Below are positions 47,008 through 61,153 of a DNA stretch of 64,000 nt, piece by piece. The stretch lies in NCBI RefSeq assembly GCF_009914755.1, contig NC_060943.1. One strand, 5' to 3'. How positions within the stretch are numbered: position 1 is the stretch's first letter; each line of letters opens with the position of its first letter. Made by a program: the position numbers and the translations under genes. Origin of the DNA: the human T2T-CHM13v2.0 reference genome, Homo sapiens. The notes beneath the pieces were generated by a model. It was not told the origin of the DNA. It saw only the letters and a program-made list of their open reading frames with translations, and made no database searches.

Positions 47008-47143
47008 CACCCCTCACTGTCCCCACCCTAGGCAGTCCCCTGCCTCTCTTCAGCCCAGTGGGAACAAGGGATGCTGACTCTAGGTGAGCTCTAGGGAAGG
47101 GGGCCCTAGGAATAAACCACTGCAGACCAGCTTCTCAAAATCA
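47008..47143 (+). repeat. Dispersed direct repeat, copy 2 (~136 bp)
   Basis: Matches 44896-45032. Confidence 0.92.
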
Positions 47144-49879
47144 GATGAGGAAACTGAGCCCCAGGGCATGATGTTGCACAGTGGGTCTGTGGCCAATCCG
47201 TCTACACTGGCTACCGTGACTCTGCTCCTATTCCCTAATCTGAAAGCTCTTTCCTGTACCCCGCTAATCCACACCCAGCCTACCCTGGGCCCCCACAGAA
47301 TAAGGAAGTAGCCCTTGGCCTGCCAGCCCCTGGGACCCACGAAACCGGGTGGGAGGCTCTCACCTGCCGGCTCAGCCTGTCGGGAAGATCCCAGTGGCCT
47401 CTTTGTTGGGGAGGGCTCCTCAGGGCGCCTGAGAGCCTCTACTTTATGTATGCAGAGGGCAGTGGTGAGCATGCGGATCTCAGTGTGGCTGAGGTGTACA
47501 GTTGCACAGGCTGTGCACTGAACCACAGTAGGAGTGTCTTTCACATGGATGAACACGAGAAGGGCTCCCCCAGGAATTGTGCAGTGCAGTAGCTCTGGCT
47601 CTGCACCAGGGCTCTCAACCAGAAGGTAACATCACACCATCCTCAGTCATGGGACATCACAGGCAGGGATGGGGCTGCTGCCACACTCTCATACACATTT
47701 ACACATGCTCAGACACACTCTGACATACTCACAACTCACACTCTCACACATGCACACTCCTACCCACCCACATGCACACACACTCATCCATGCTCACCAC
47801 CCTTTCACAACCTCTGGAGGCCCTGAGGGCCAGCCTGCCCACCTGTGCCCAACCTGGCTTGTGCTCTCCCCATCGGAACGGGGCTCCCCTGAGGCTGGGC
47901 CATCCCTCCCTGACAGTCTCCCTAGAACCTCCAGGCCAGAGGAGCCTGGGCCACCGTGCATGTGGGCGATGTTCACAGGCCTTTTGGCCACAGGTGCCAG
48001 GCCAGGGGCTGAGGGGGACAAGGAGGGCTTCCCCCAGTATCTGGATGGGATCTGTGGACTGGGGGTGTGTGCTGGCCAGCCCTGGGATGCCCTGGTTCCT
48101 GCTTAAAACCTTGCCCCACTTCTCCAGCCTCTGCCCCTCCCATGGCCTCTCTGCCACCCAGGGCCAGAGGAGAACGTGGTTTGTAATTAGAAAAATCTCT
48201 TTTCTTTCAATCCCAAGGACTGCAAAAAATAGAGAGGGAGGAAAGCAGCAGAGAAACCAAGAAGCTGAATTTCCACTCAGGAGAGGCATGAAGGGGAGTA
48301 AAGAGGGTTGGGGCAAGGCCTCCCATCTGGGGCCGGGATGCCTGGCTCTCCTGGTGCCTGTCTTGAGACACTGTGTGTCAGGAGCTCCTGGACAGCAGCA
48401 GATAGCTCTCTGATTGCCCACCATAGTGGGCACCCAGCCCCAGCCTGGGCTCCTAGCTGCACTGCCTGGGGCTGATGGGGAACCAGAGAGCCCTCTCGGC
48501 CTCGCACATCTCTGTTACACCACGGGGCTGCTGAGGCCACTGATCCTGGAGGGGCATCACAGAGGGTGAGCCCCGCCCATTCAGATCCTGTCCCAATGCC
48601 CACCTGTGGTAACACCTTCCTTTCTCTCAACCTGGCCTTTCTCACCCACAAGGTGGGAATGGTGATTTCCACCTCTCGGGAGAAGAGAGAATGGGTAAGA
48701 ACTGGCTCACTGGGGACTGGCCATGGGCTGTGCGTGAAGGGAGCTGCCGGGACAGAGCGGGAGGTCCTGGCTCCCCGGAGTACCTGGCCAGCATTCCCTT
48801 GGCCAGGAGGAGGCTGGGAATGTGCTGATACAGGAAAGCAGCCTGCTTTCTGCCTGGTATATTGGAAAGAAATCCATCTCTCGGGGAGGACAACCTCATC
48901 ATATTAGAGGTATAGATTTCTGGCTTCAGCTGGGACAGAAGTCCTCCTTCCCGAGAGGGAAGGGCAGTCTTCCCTACCTTTTACAGCTCCTTCAGAGACC
49001 CTGGGGCTGCAGGGGCCAGCGTCTCTGGGAAGGGCTCACCAAGGTAAGGTGGTCAGGACCCAGTGAGCCTTTCCCAGAGAGGGTTCAAAAGAATGTCTGG
49101 GGCCAAGTTCAGGTCTGGGGCCATGTCCATCCCTGAGGAATCTGGGAGCTGTCTCCTCCCCAGCCAGGTGCCATCTCCTATGGCCCCGACCCAGCCACAC
49201 ATGAGACAAGGCATCCCATGCTGATGTGGACAGTTAGTGTGTGTCACATGACAACACGTGTCTGCCTCACCTGATGCCAGGCACTGCAGAGACTAAAGCC
49301 TGGGACCCCCTCCCCACCAACAGTGAAGCACATTCCCCAAAGGGAATTTATCCTGGAGCTATTTTAACGACAGTTCGATTGCAATACTTTCTTTTATTAT
49401 ATATATTTAATTTGTATACAACTAATATAGGTGCAGAATTTTAAACAGCATGTCACACATGGAGTGAAAAAAAAAAGCAGTCTCTGTTTTATCCCTTCTC
49501 ACCCTGATTCTGGCTCCCCTGGGGGCCACTTTCCACTCTTTGAGCTGTTCTAATTGCCCTGGGTTTTTTTTTGTTATTGTTTTTGCTTTTTATTTTTGTA
49601 ATGTACCATTGGTAATTTATGCCAGATTTCTCACCAGAACGGTGAACTCTTATCATGATTGTTGACATATTCGGCTGTGTTCTGTTTCTATTTTTTTCTC
49701 GAGGATGTCCTTCTGACAGTGTTTGGATCTGCTAATTGCTCCCAAGAATTGGGGTTCAGCTGCTCTCCCGGTGTCTTCCTTCAGTCTCAGCCTGCAAATC
49801 GCCTTTGCCATCTCTGTTCCATAAGCTACCTCTTGCTCTTTCTTGGTTTACACCTTTGTTTTGGTGGTGCACATCCTCC

Positions 49880-51000
<1,121 letters not shown>

Positions 51001-51557
51001 CTCTTGCATTGGAGGCTTTCCTCAGACATAGTGGCCGTCTTGGAATGAAGGGCCAGAGGAATTAACCAGAAGGTTTGCAGACAGGGCTGGCTGGCTGGGG
51101 CCTTGTGGTGGGTGACGGGGAATGAATGCCTCCTTCCCTGGGAACTGTCACATGTGGCATCCACTAGTCTTTCTTTTGGGCCAGTCATTTTTTGTCAGTG
51201 AGAAGTCCGCTGATGTCCTGTGGGCACGGAGGTCAGTTCTGGGGTCCTGGGGGAAGCTGGGGCTCACCATTCCCTAAGAAGCATTTCTACATATCTTGTT
51301 TTTGTCAGGGGGTACTGCCTCTGCTCAGCTTCAGAGAAGGAACTCCACTTTCTGCTAGGCTGATGGCCCCCTCTTTTGGCCACAGAGGGCTGGGAGATTA
51401 CTGGGGTGACTCTGGCTCTCAGCCAGCCCTCTGGTTTTAGCTCTGTCTACACCCCATGCTCAAACGTACCTGTTGCCTCCAGTCCCTGAGTGTCCCCTGC
51501 TGCAGCTGCATGGCTGCTCTCACTCACTCGGTTGCTGCTGCTCATCTGCTTTCTATC

Positions 51558-51946
51558 TGCCTCAGCCTGTTTTTTCTGCTTTAACAAAATCCCCAAGACT
51601 GGGTAATTTATAAACAACAGAGATCTATTTTCTCACAGTTCTAGAGGCTGGGAAGTCCAACACCGAAGCACTGGCTGTGGAGGGCCAAGTCTCTGCTTCC
51701 AGGATGGTGCCTTGTTGCTGCATCCCCCTGGAGGGAGGAACGCTCTGTCCTCACATGGCAGAGGAGCAAAACAGCAAAAAGGCCTGAGCTAGTGCCCTCC
51801 AGCCCTTCTAAAAGGCATGGACTCACCCCAAGGGCAGAGCCCTAATGCCCTGATCACTTCACAAAAGGCCCCACCCCCCAGCACCACCACAATGAAATTA
51901 AGCTTCAACATAGGAATTCTGGAGGAGACACATTCAAACCATTGCA
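51558..51946 (-). mobile_element. MST/MLT1A-like (ERVL-MaLR) solo LTR
   Basis: 'agactgggtaatttataaacaacagag..tctcacagttctagaggctgggaagtcca..cacattcaaaccattgca'. Confidence 0.8.
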
Positions 51947-52592
51947 TCATCTCTCCAACTTTTTGTCAAAATCCCTTTTTGTGTTGTCTCCCTTCCCATT
52001 CTCTCTGCTTTGTGGACTTGAGCCTTTTTTATTCTCTTACTGTCAGCTGTGGGATTTGACATGAAAACAGAGAGGTACTTGCATGGCGACTCTTCCCCTT
52101 GTACCCAGAAGAACACGACTGCTGGATAGCTCTGTGCCAGTCCCTTCCTGTCCTTTGGACCCAGGTTGCTCATGTGAGGAAGAGGAAAGTGTTGGGGAGA
52201 TGGCTTCTCAAGTATTGCTGGCTCTGGTGGTGTTTCTGGGCTCTTCTAAGGTCTCCGGAAACCTTCATAGACTCTGCAGAATGAAGCACCACAGCTTGGT
52301 CCAGGGCATCTGCAGATTGAGACGGCCCTCTCTTCCTCCCAGTCCCAGCTGACTCCACCAGGATCCAGCACCCAGCAATGACCACGCAAGGAGCCCACTG
52401 GCCCCCTCCCCAGATGCTGGGGCATTCCTTCTCTCACACTCCGGCCACCAGGGTAGGAGTCTCCCAGCTAGGACCCTAGACTCCTAAAGCTTCATGCCCA
52501 GCAGAGATGTGGGTGTGACAAAACAGGGAGTGGTAGAGACCGTGGCTCCAGGCAGCTCATGTTCCCTCAAAAGACATGCATTTCGAAGCTTT

Positions 52593-52655
52593 CGTAACAC
52601 TAAGCTGTCTTGTAATTACCTACGTAACACTAAGCTGTCTTGTAATTACCTACGT
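52593..52655. repeat. Perfect 30-bp tandem duplication
   Basis: cgtaacactaagctgtcttgtaattaccta x2 plus cgt. Confidence 0.97.
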
Positions 52656-52708
52656 CTGCCAGCTGTATGCTTTGTTTTAAAATATAGTATATTAGCAGGA
52701 AATTTAAG

Positions 52709-53390
52709 GTGCAATACGGCCAATGGATCAGGAGACAACTGCCCCGGACAAGGTGGTTAGTTACTCACAGTCCCCACCAGGAGGGGGCATGCCACACCCC
52801 CAGGGCCACGTGGGGCAGCACCAGGATGGGTCAGAGGCAGAAGGAGAGAGGGGAACGCCAGGCCAGGACCTCCATTGTGGTTTCCATGGGCAGGAATGGG
52901 AAAGGGAGGGTAAGCAAGTCTAGGAGGGCTAGTCTGTGTCATTTCAGCAGCTCTGGGGCACAGGGACTGTCCCTGGTTCTCTGGTACTTGGCCCTGGGGT
53001 GATGAGAGCAGGTGGAGAGTGGCCTGGAGGACGAGAGCCAGCAGAGGAGGTGGTAGGATTGTGGGCTCTGGATCAGTTGGGTTGCATTTGAAAGTGCCTT
53101 GCTGGTGGTGAGCTGTTTACCTTCTCTAAGCACTGGCTGGCTCTGGCAGGGGCAGCCCCTTCTGGGCCAGCAAGGCTCCACATGTCCAAACAACAGAAAT
53201 ACAGAAAATAAGAGACGTAACTCATGCGTTCCTCCCTCCCGGCTGCTGGTGAGGCACCGCTGCTGGGCATCAGGGGGCTGGAGAAGGTGCAGACCTGGCC
53301 ATGCCAGAGGCCGTATGCTGGGGGCTTCCTCTTGGGCTGAGGGGGTTCTGGGCTGTGTGGGGGAAGAGCAAGTTCTGTTTAGGAAATCCT
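52709..53390. mobile_element. ERVL-class LTR (MER54/MER74-like)
   Basis: 'ggatcaggagacaactgcc..gttactcacagt..gagggggcatgccac..attgtggtttcc..ggccctggggtgat' resembles a recalled consensus; subfamily uncertain. Confidence 0.55.
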
Positions 53391-53959
53391 AAGTAAGGAC
53401 TCAAGAGGGAACAGGCTGCATTGGGTGGTAAGGGGTTTCTGGGTGAGGGCTGTGAGCCGGCTTGCAGAAGAAGCAGGACTTTGAGATGAGTGTGGCTATA
53501 TGAAGGAGACACCCCTAAAGAGAGGGGGGATGGTCACCAAAAGCTATGCCATAGGACAGCCCTGGCCACTGAGGGGTGGGGCCTGTGGCTGTGGGAAGTT
53601 CTTCCTCTTCCACTTCTCTGCCCACCACCCGTCCCTGCCCTCTCCTCCTCCTTATCTGGGGCTGTCAACCTGTGGCCCAGTTCTGTGTGTCAATTGGCCT
53701 CTCGGAAGTACCCAGCAGCCCCTGCTCAAATCCCCTCTCCCCTTGTCCGGTGTGACCTGGCAGGTGAGTCCCTACCAAGGCCTTAGGGTGATGGGGTACT
53801 GTAGAAAGATGGGTTTGTGCTCCCCTGTTAATGCTCCTGCTGGCTGGGAGAGGCTGGGTTACCACCCCATGGTTCCCAGACGTTGGTGGGTGAGGGAGCC
53901 GGCGTGGGGCGTTGCCCAGGGGAGGGATCTCCTCAAGTGGTTCCTGATGGCGGGAAAAT

Positions 53960-54780
53960 AAAAATGGTGATTTAGAGGCCGCCCCCACTCGACGGGCTTT
54001 CTTAGCCGAAGACGTTCAGCTAATGAACCTCAAGCAGATTCATGGCCGGGTGTGAAGTCAACGGAGTCCTCACTCCGTGGAGACGAGCAGCATAAATCTT
54101 TGTTTTTAATGTCTAATGATATGTAAAATATTTAAATTTGCAACGCAGAATTATTAAGCTGCCAAGGTTTTTTTTGCCTATTAAAGTGTATTCTTGCCTG
54201 AGAATTTATGGGGCACCCTGTGGCCGCCGCCAGCCCCCGTTAGGGGACAGGAGGTATAGATTTGTGGTCTCCTACTGTAAAAAACTTCAGGATCGCCTGA
54301 CCCTGTAAACTGAAAATTCATGTCTCTCGCCCGGGGACAAATGCATTCTTTGTAAAGGCGGCCCGTGGCCAGCCTTGGGCTCATGTTAGTTTATTGTCAC
54401 TGGTTGATAACGTTTAATGGAAAAGATACAAGAGTGCCAAAGAATTTTAATTATTTTTGTGATAAAGTTATATGTTCGGCCTTGAAAAAGTAGAGATAAT
54501 GCAGGGATTCATTATTATTCCCAGTGTGTTTAAACAGACAACGCAGAATGCAAACAAAAGCAGATGAAATTTGAAAAGTATTATCAATATTGCAGATAGC
54601 AGATGCCCTTTCGAATCAGAACAAGCATATCTTCTATAGCAACTTTATGGTTGAGTAGTTTATTCATTTCCATTAGAAGGTTGTACGTTTCTAAAATATG
54701 TAGATGGTATCTAGAAAAACCAACCAACCAGACGGGTCATTCTGCTTGTTTTCCTAAATTTATTATTTCACTTTTGCAGG
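53960..54780. promoter_or_regulatory. Candidate conserved non-coding element / enhancer
   Basis: Repeat-free AT-rich island with retained CpGs, plus TAAT, GCAAACA/TGTTTAAACA (FOX), ACAAAAG (SOX) and ATCAATA motifs. Confidence 0.55.
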
Positions 54781-55241
54781 CCCGGATCTGAGGGGCATTA
54801 ACAGGGGAGCAGAGTCTTACTGTGTCAAATTCTATCTTGTCCGTGACCTTTGGCGGGCTATGTGCTGGCACGGAGAGGAAGTTGGAGCGAGGTGTCTGGA
54901 CCATGGCGAGGTTTGCGTTTGCCGTTATCTGGGTTGCATTGGCGAAGCTGCCAGTCAGGGTCTGCCTGCCTGTCGTTAAACTTTCCACATTCCCTGGGCT
55001 CCCTCTGGCACCCGACGGAGGGAAACAGAGTCCAGGAGAAAACTGCACACACCCCTCACCATCCATTTCTTTTCCCCGTGCCCTCTGCCCTGGATTCAGA
55101 TGTGCAGAGGTGATTTGGGTCCTGCCTCAATGTGTAGAAATGGACCTGACTTCTTCCCAGGGCTGTGGGCTTCCTTGGCATTGTGCCAGGGGATAGAGTT
55201 CTGGCTTTCTTGAGCAGTCAGGGCTTTCCAAGTTGTGCCAG

Positions 55242-55581
<340 letters not shown>

Positions 55582-56199
55582 TAGAGAACCAACTGATCCC
55601 AAAGCCCCACCAACTCCTCTTGGAACCTGATCGCCTTCCTATCTTGATTTTTGTTTCTAGGAAATGGATCAATTCTTGCCCTCGTGTTCACTGAATGAAG
55701 TAACTTACAGCCCCAGCTTTGCAGCCAGACAGAGCCCTGGGCAAGTTACCCTGGCCTCGGAGCCCCCACACCTGACACCCCACGTGTTCTCAGCTGTAAC
55801 GTGGGTTGCAGACACCCGTGTTGCCAATGTTATTACCATGATTGTTGTTTTCTTCCACTGGCAGATGCACAGGAAATGGCTCTCTCTGCTGAACTGAGCA
55901 CCTCTGGGGCTCCTTCCTGGCCTGGGGTTTCTTTGAGACAGGCCCAGGAGAGTGACAGCCGGGCCTGAGAGGGAAGGACAGGCTGTGACTCACAAAGGTG
56001 CAGGAGTCCTCTCCCCGGGTTCACCGGGAGCTGACGGGCTAGGCCGTGGGAGGCCTTGAGACCAAGCTCCGACTTTGGAGATGGGCCAGGCTTGGCTGGG
56101 CGCCTCCAGTGGTTTTGAACAGGGGGCGCCATGAGTTAACTGGTGCTTTCAGAAAGCTAAACCTGGCAGCAAGTGGCTTCTTCAGAGAAGGGACTCACC

Positions 56200-56670
56200 C
56201 AACATCAGAATGTTTACCAAAATCAATCACGCGGTGGGCCATAGAGAAAGTCTCCTTACACTGCAAAGAATCTGTGTGGTTATACCGTGTCTGCGATCAC
56301 AGTGAAATACAACTAGATATTAAAAGCAAAAGAATAGCTCAGAAATTCTGTTTGGAAGCTAAATAGCATGTTTAAAATAGAAACAATAAAAGAAATCAGA
56401 AAAATCAAGGATGGCATGATTTTGAGGATGCTACATGCCCAAATGTGTGGCACACAGAGAGAGGGAAATCTATGCCTTTAAATCTATTTATCAGGAAACA
56501 AGAAGGGTTGAAAACAAACCAGCTAGGTGTTTGCTCCTAGAAACTGGAAAAAGAGCTACAGAGCAAACCTAAAGGAACAAGAAAGATGACAGGAATAAGG
56601 ACAAGGGCAGGCACAAATAAATAGAGATTAGCAAAGGTGCAGACAGGTTTTTTGGAAAGATTAACAACGA
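56200..56670 (+). mobile_element. Ancient L1 ORF2 fragment
   Basis: 'gatcacagtgaaatacaactagatatt', 'agagggaaatctatgcctttaaat', 'agaaactggaaaaagagctacagagcaaacctaaagg'. Confidence 0.65.
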
Positions 56671-56884
56671 CAGAGGGAGGGCCACGAGATGATGCTGTCA
56701 GGAGGGCGTGCAGGACACAGGATGCTTTGGGCTGTAGGTGTGGGGAAAAGGCAACCAGGTTTCTCCATGCATCTCACAGGACTGGTTTGCCTGGGACAGC
56801 CCTGGTTTCTGCCTGTTGTCCTGGCTATCACTCATGGCATCTCCCATCCCCTCAAAGGGTCCTGCTTTGGAAGGTAACTGACAC

Positions 56885-57503
<619 letters not shown>

Positions 57504-59326
57504 ATTGACACGGTCACCCCAGCCATGGGCGGGACGCTGGGATGGGCCTGGTTAAAGGCAAAGGCTTCGGTTCAGATGCAGACCCCAGCACTAACTTGTC
57601 TTAGTCAAATAATACCAACTCCTTACGTTTCAATTCCCCCTTCTCTAAAGTGGCAGTAGGATGGGTCTCGGTCTCCTAAGATTTGGGGAAGTTCCACTTA
57701 GGTAACTCGCGTAAAGCACTCAGCGCTGTGCGGTTGGCATTCATTAAGTATTAGTTGCCAGTCATAAAACAGCATAACGATGAGATGCTTTTCCCCCCAC
57801 AGCCCTGTGATGCCACTTTATTGCTTAGGAAGTGATGGTACATGAAATGTTCAGTGGCTTGCCCATGGCCTCAAGAGAGCAAAGCTGGCCTTCCCACCTC
57901 ACCACATGACACTGGGGTAAGATGGACAGCGGGATCTGTTGCCTGTGCTCCTGTGAGCCGGCTGGCCTGGCAGAGGGGGCCTCTTTGCTTCTAACCACCC
58001 TTCCTTCCGCCAGCTCATCCTACTCTTCCCTAGAAGCCATCTCTGCCCACCAGCCCCCACTAATCTCAGCCCATCCTGGCCTCGAGTGAGGAGAGGATGT
58101 TCTCTTGGCCTTCTCTGCACACTCCGGGTTCCCCAAGTTTGGACCTTCGACTTTCCCCCTCTTTCTCCCCACTTGGTGCCCCCAGCACGTAGCATGAAGT
58201 TTGGTCCTCCACAAAGCTTGGCTGGGAGCTTGACAAATGTTCCTTGGTTTGTCAAACAAACTCTCCGGCTTGAACTAAGTGCCTTTCTTTCAGATTTCAG
58301 AATGGATGGGCCTCAGCCATGGCAAATCTGAGAGTCTTTGTGTGCAGAAATGCCCTTGGATGCCCTTGTCTGTGCATGGTTGCCAGAGCTGGTCACCCCA
58401 GCCAGACATGCTGGTCTGGGCACCTCCCGGGAGGAGCCCCGGGTGATGGCACCTGTTTTCATGAATGACACAGCAATCTCCACTTCAGTAAGGGCCGACC
58501 ATACTGTTGATTCCTGCCCTGAGACCCTTCTCCCCTGCCCTGGTTCTAAGTGTAGATCCCTGGAGATCTGGGACTGACCAGATGAGACTAAGAGGGAGCG
58601 TAGACAAGGAGCCACAGGAGGCGACACTCCCGGTGGTGGATTCCTGCCTAAGTTCCAGGGAACTCAGAATCTGGGGGCCACGCTGGCAACATCTGTCTCT
58701 TGGCTTCCCAAAGAAAGACTAACATGCCAGCAAAGCCAGGAAATGTCAAGACCGAGAGCTCATGTGGATGTAGAACTTCACAGTTGACAAAATACTTTAT
58801 GCTCTTTTATTTAATTTTCACAAAATCTCTGCTAAAGAGTGGTGTTATTCCCATTGTATAGCAGAGGAAGCCCAGACAAGCGAACTTGGCCAAGAACTCA
58901 CAGGGCTTGAAAGGGACCCGCCTGGTCCCAGGGATGGGGTGTCACCAGCTCGGGCTGGGCAGCCTGCTGCCTCGAAGTCTACCCTGTGTACCCTGTTGGG
59001 TGAAGAGCATCAGGGATGAGAGGAGATTCTTGGGAGGCAGTAGAAAGGGTGGCAAGAGCTTGTGCTCAGGAGTTGGATAGGAGTTTAAACCCTGGTGCTC
59101 CCCGTTGCGTGGAAACTAATGAGGCTGTGGACAATCTCTTCGTCTTTGGGGGTTTCCATTTTCTCCTTGGGGGTGTTGCTAACACACCTCACCTGGCTGG
59201 TGTGAGGGTTTGGATGACGTAATGCATACCAGTGCCCAGGACAGAGGAAGCACCCTGTGAATGGTGGCCACTGTTGTTACCATTGGGCCAGAGATGTTGG
59301 AGAAGTCCCTGAGTCCAATCAATTAC

Positions 59327-59674
59327 CTGGGAGGTTGAAGCCACATGCCCTGGGAGAGGGCAGGTGAAGTGCTGTTGACGGAGGCCCGGTTCCCTCGAGG
59401 CTGGGGGGCACCTCCAGCTTCCGACTCCTCCTGTTCTCCAGGTTCCTCCAGGACCAGACCCTGCAGCCCAGTCTGTCCCACTCTTGCAGGGTCTCTGAAC
59501 CTGAAAGCAGCTTGGGAGGGGCGTTCTGTTGCGAGGCGTAGAGTGTTTATAAGAGGAGCCTGGAGAACTGGAGGAGTCCGAGGTTGGAAGTGCCAACCAG
59601 CCCCCAGGGAACCGTACTGCCTTGGCAGCATGTCACTCACTCTCTCCCAGGGCTGCATCGCTTCACACTTCCAG
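59327..59674. repeat. Long imperfect inverted repeat (122-bp arms, 104-bp spacer)
   Basis: 59327-59448 aligns to the reverse complement of 59553-59674; the inner 62 bp match at 52/62. Confidence 0.9.
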
Positions 59675-61025
59675 TCCTCTGTATGTCTTCTGTCTCCTGT
59701 CTGTCTGCACCAATACGGTGGCTCGCCCAAGCCCCATGACCGTGCAGGGCCGGATCCCACCACTGTTGCACTGCTTGGCCAGCTCAGTTCCAACAGGCTG
59801 TCGTCTGGCTTCCTGGGCCCTGCATCCAGCCCTGAATTAGCCACGTGTCATGCTACACTCAGGCCTAGCCATAATTTGGAAGGGGACAATGGCTAGCTTG
59901 ACGGGGCGGACACACTGAACTGGGTCCTAGGATCAGCTTGCGCACCCCGTGGCGTGATCAGTGGAGACTTACGCCTACACATTTTAGGGACCAAGAAGGG
60001 AGGTGGCCACTTTCATCATGCAGCTGTCTCCACAGCCTGCATCCTCGGAAAGGAGCCACGATTTCCCTGCCTGGCTGCTCCCAGCCACCGTGGGTGAAGA
60101 CCCCAGCGGCTTTCCGTGGGGACCAGCTGAAGGGACTTTCTCTGAGTGCCAGCAGAGGGAGGTGCCTCTGTTTTCTAAGCTCTGCCCTTCTTTGAAAATT
60201 GAGCTGCTTAAAATCAACCCATTTGGGACAAGCGGCCTTGACTCTTCTCCCATGATGTGCAGGGCTAATGTTAAAAGGTAAAATTGTGTGCGGGTTCCCA
60301 GGCAATCATAATTAGAGTAATTGTCCTGTGTTGCAGGCACCCCTCTTTCTTGGAAGCTTAAAGCACTCTGTGAGCATTATCCAATTAAATCTGGAAATAG
60401 CCGGGTGAGAGAGGTGGGGACAGACCATGCACTGTTTCTGGCCAGAAAACAGCAGCCGTGAGAGGTTAAGTGACTTGCCCAAGGTCCCAGAGTCAGAAAC
60501 TGAGACCTGTTCAGCGCTCAGTGGATTAGCATCCAAAAAGCATTTACTCCACAGCTGCAGCTCACACGGCAGGTAGGAAGACCCAGTTTCATATGAGCGG
60601 CAGAAATTCCCCATCCAGCTCCCAGGTTGCAGTTTGCTCTGAAACCCAGGGGTGTAGCCCCCACCCTGCCCACCTTAGCTGACTACTGGGCCTCCTGCCC
60701 TCCTCCCAGCTCCTGCAGACCTTTGAAGGTACTGACGAGCCTAAATAAACCTTCCTGTAGATAACAGGTGGTGGTGGCCAAGAGAACTAACCAAACCAGA
60801 TACATTTTATGGGTTGCAGAACAAATTAACTATGAGGAATAACTGTTTTTGAGAAATAACAGAGTTATAATTGTTTAAGTAGCTCTCTTGCTGGTGTGGT
60901 TTTATGGCTAGCCTCTGCTGAACTATAGACACCCCAACCCACGGGGCAGATGGGCAGTGGGACCCCCACAAGTGGCTTTGACCCCAAGTTCCATGACAGA
61001 AATGGACTGTGGACACCCCAGGTCA

Positions 61026-61153
61026 TGCTGGGGAAACCGGTGGGAGAGGGTGAGGCCCTGCTGGCGACCCGTGAGAGCCCCAGGGTGTGCTGGGACACGG
61101 GTGGGAGAGGGTGAGGCCCTGCTGGTGTCCTGTGAGAGCCCCAGGGGGTGCTG
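61026..61153. repeat. 61-bp tandem duplication (2 copies)
   Basis: 'tgggagagggtgaggccctgctgg...gtgagagccccaggg' at 61041 and 61102. Confidence 0.92.
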
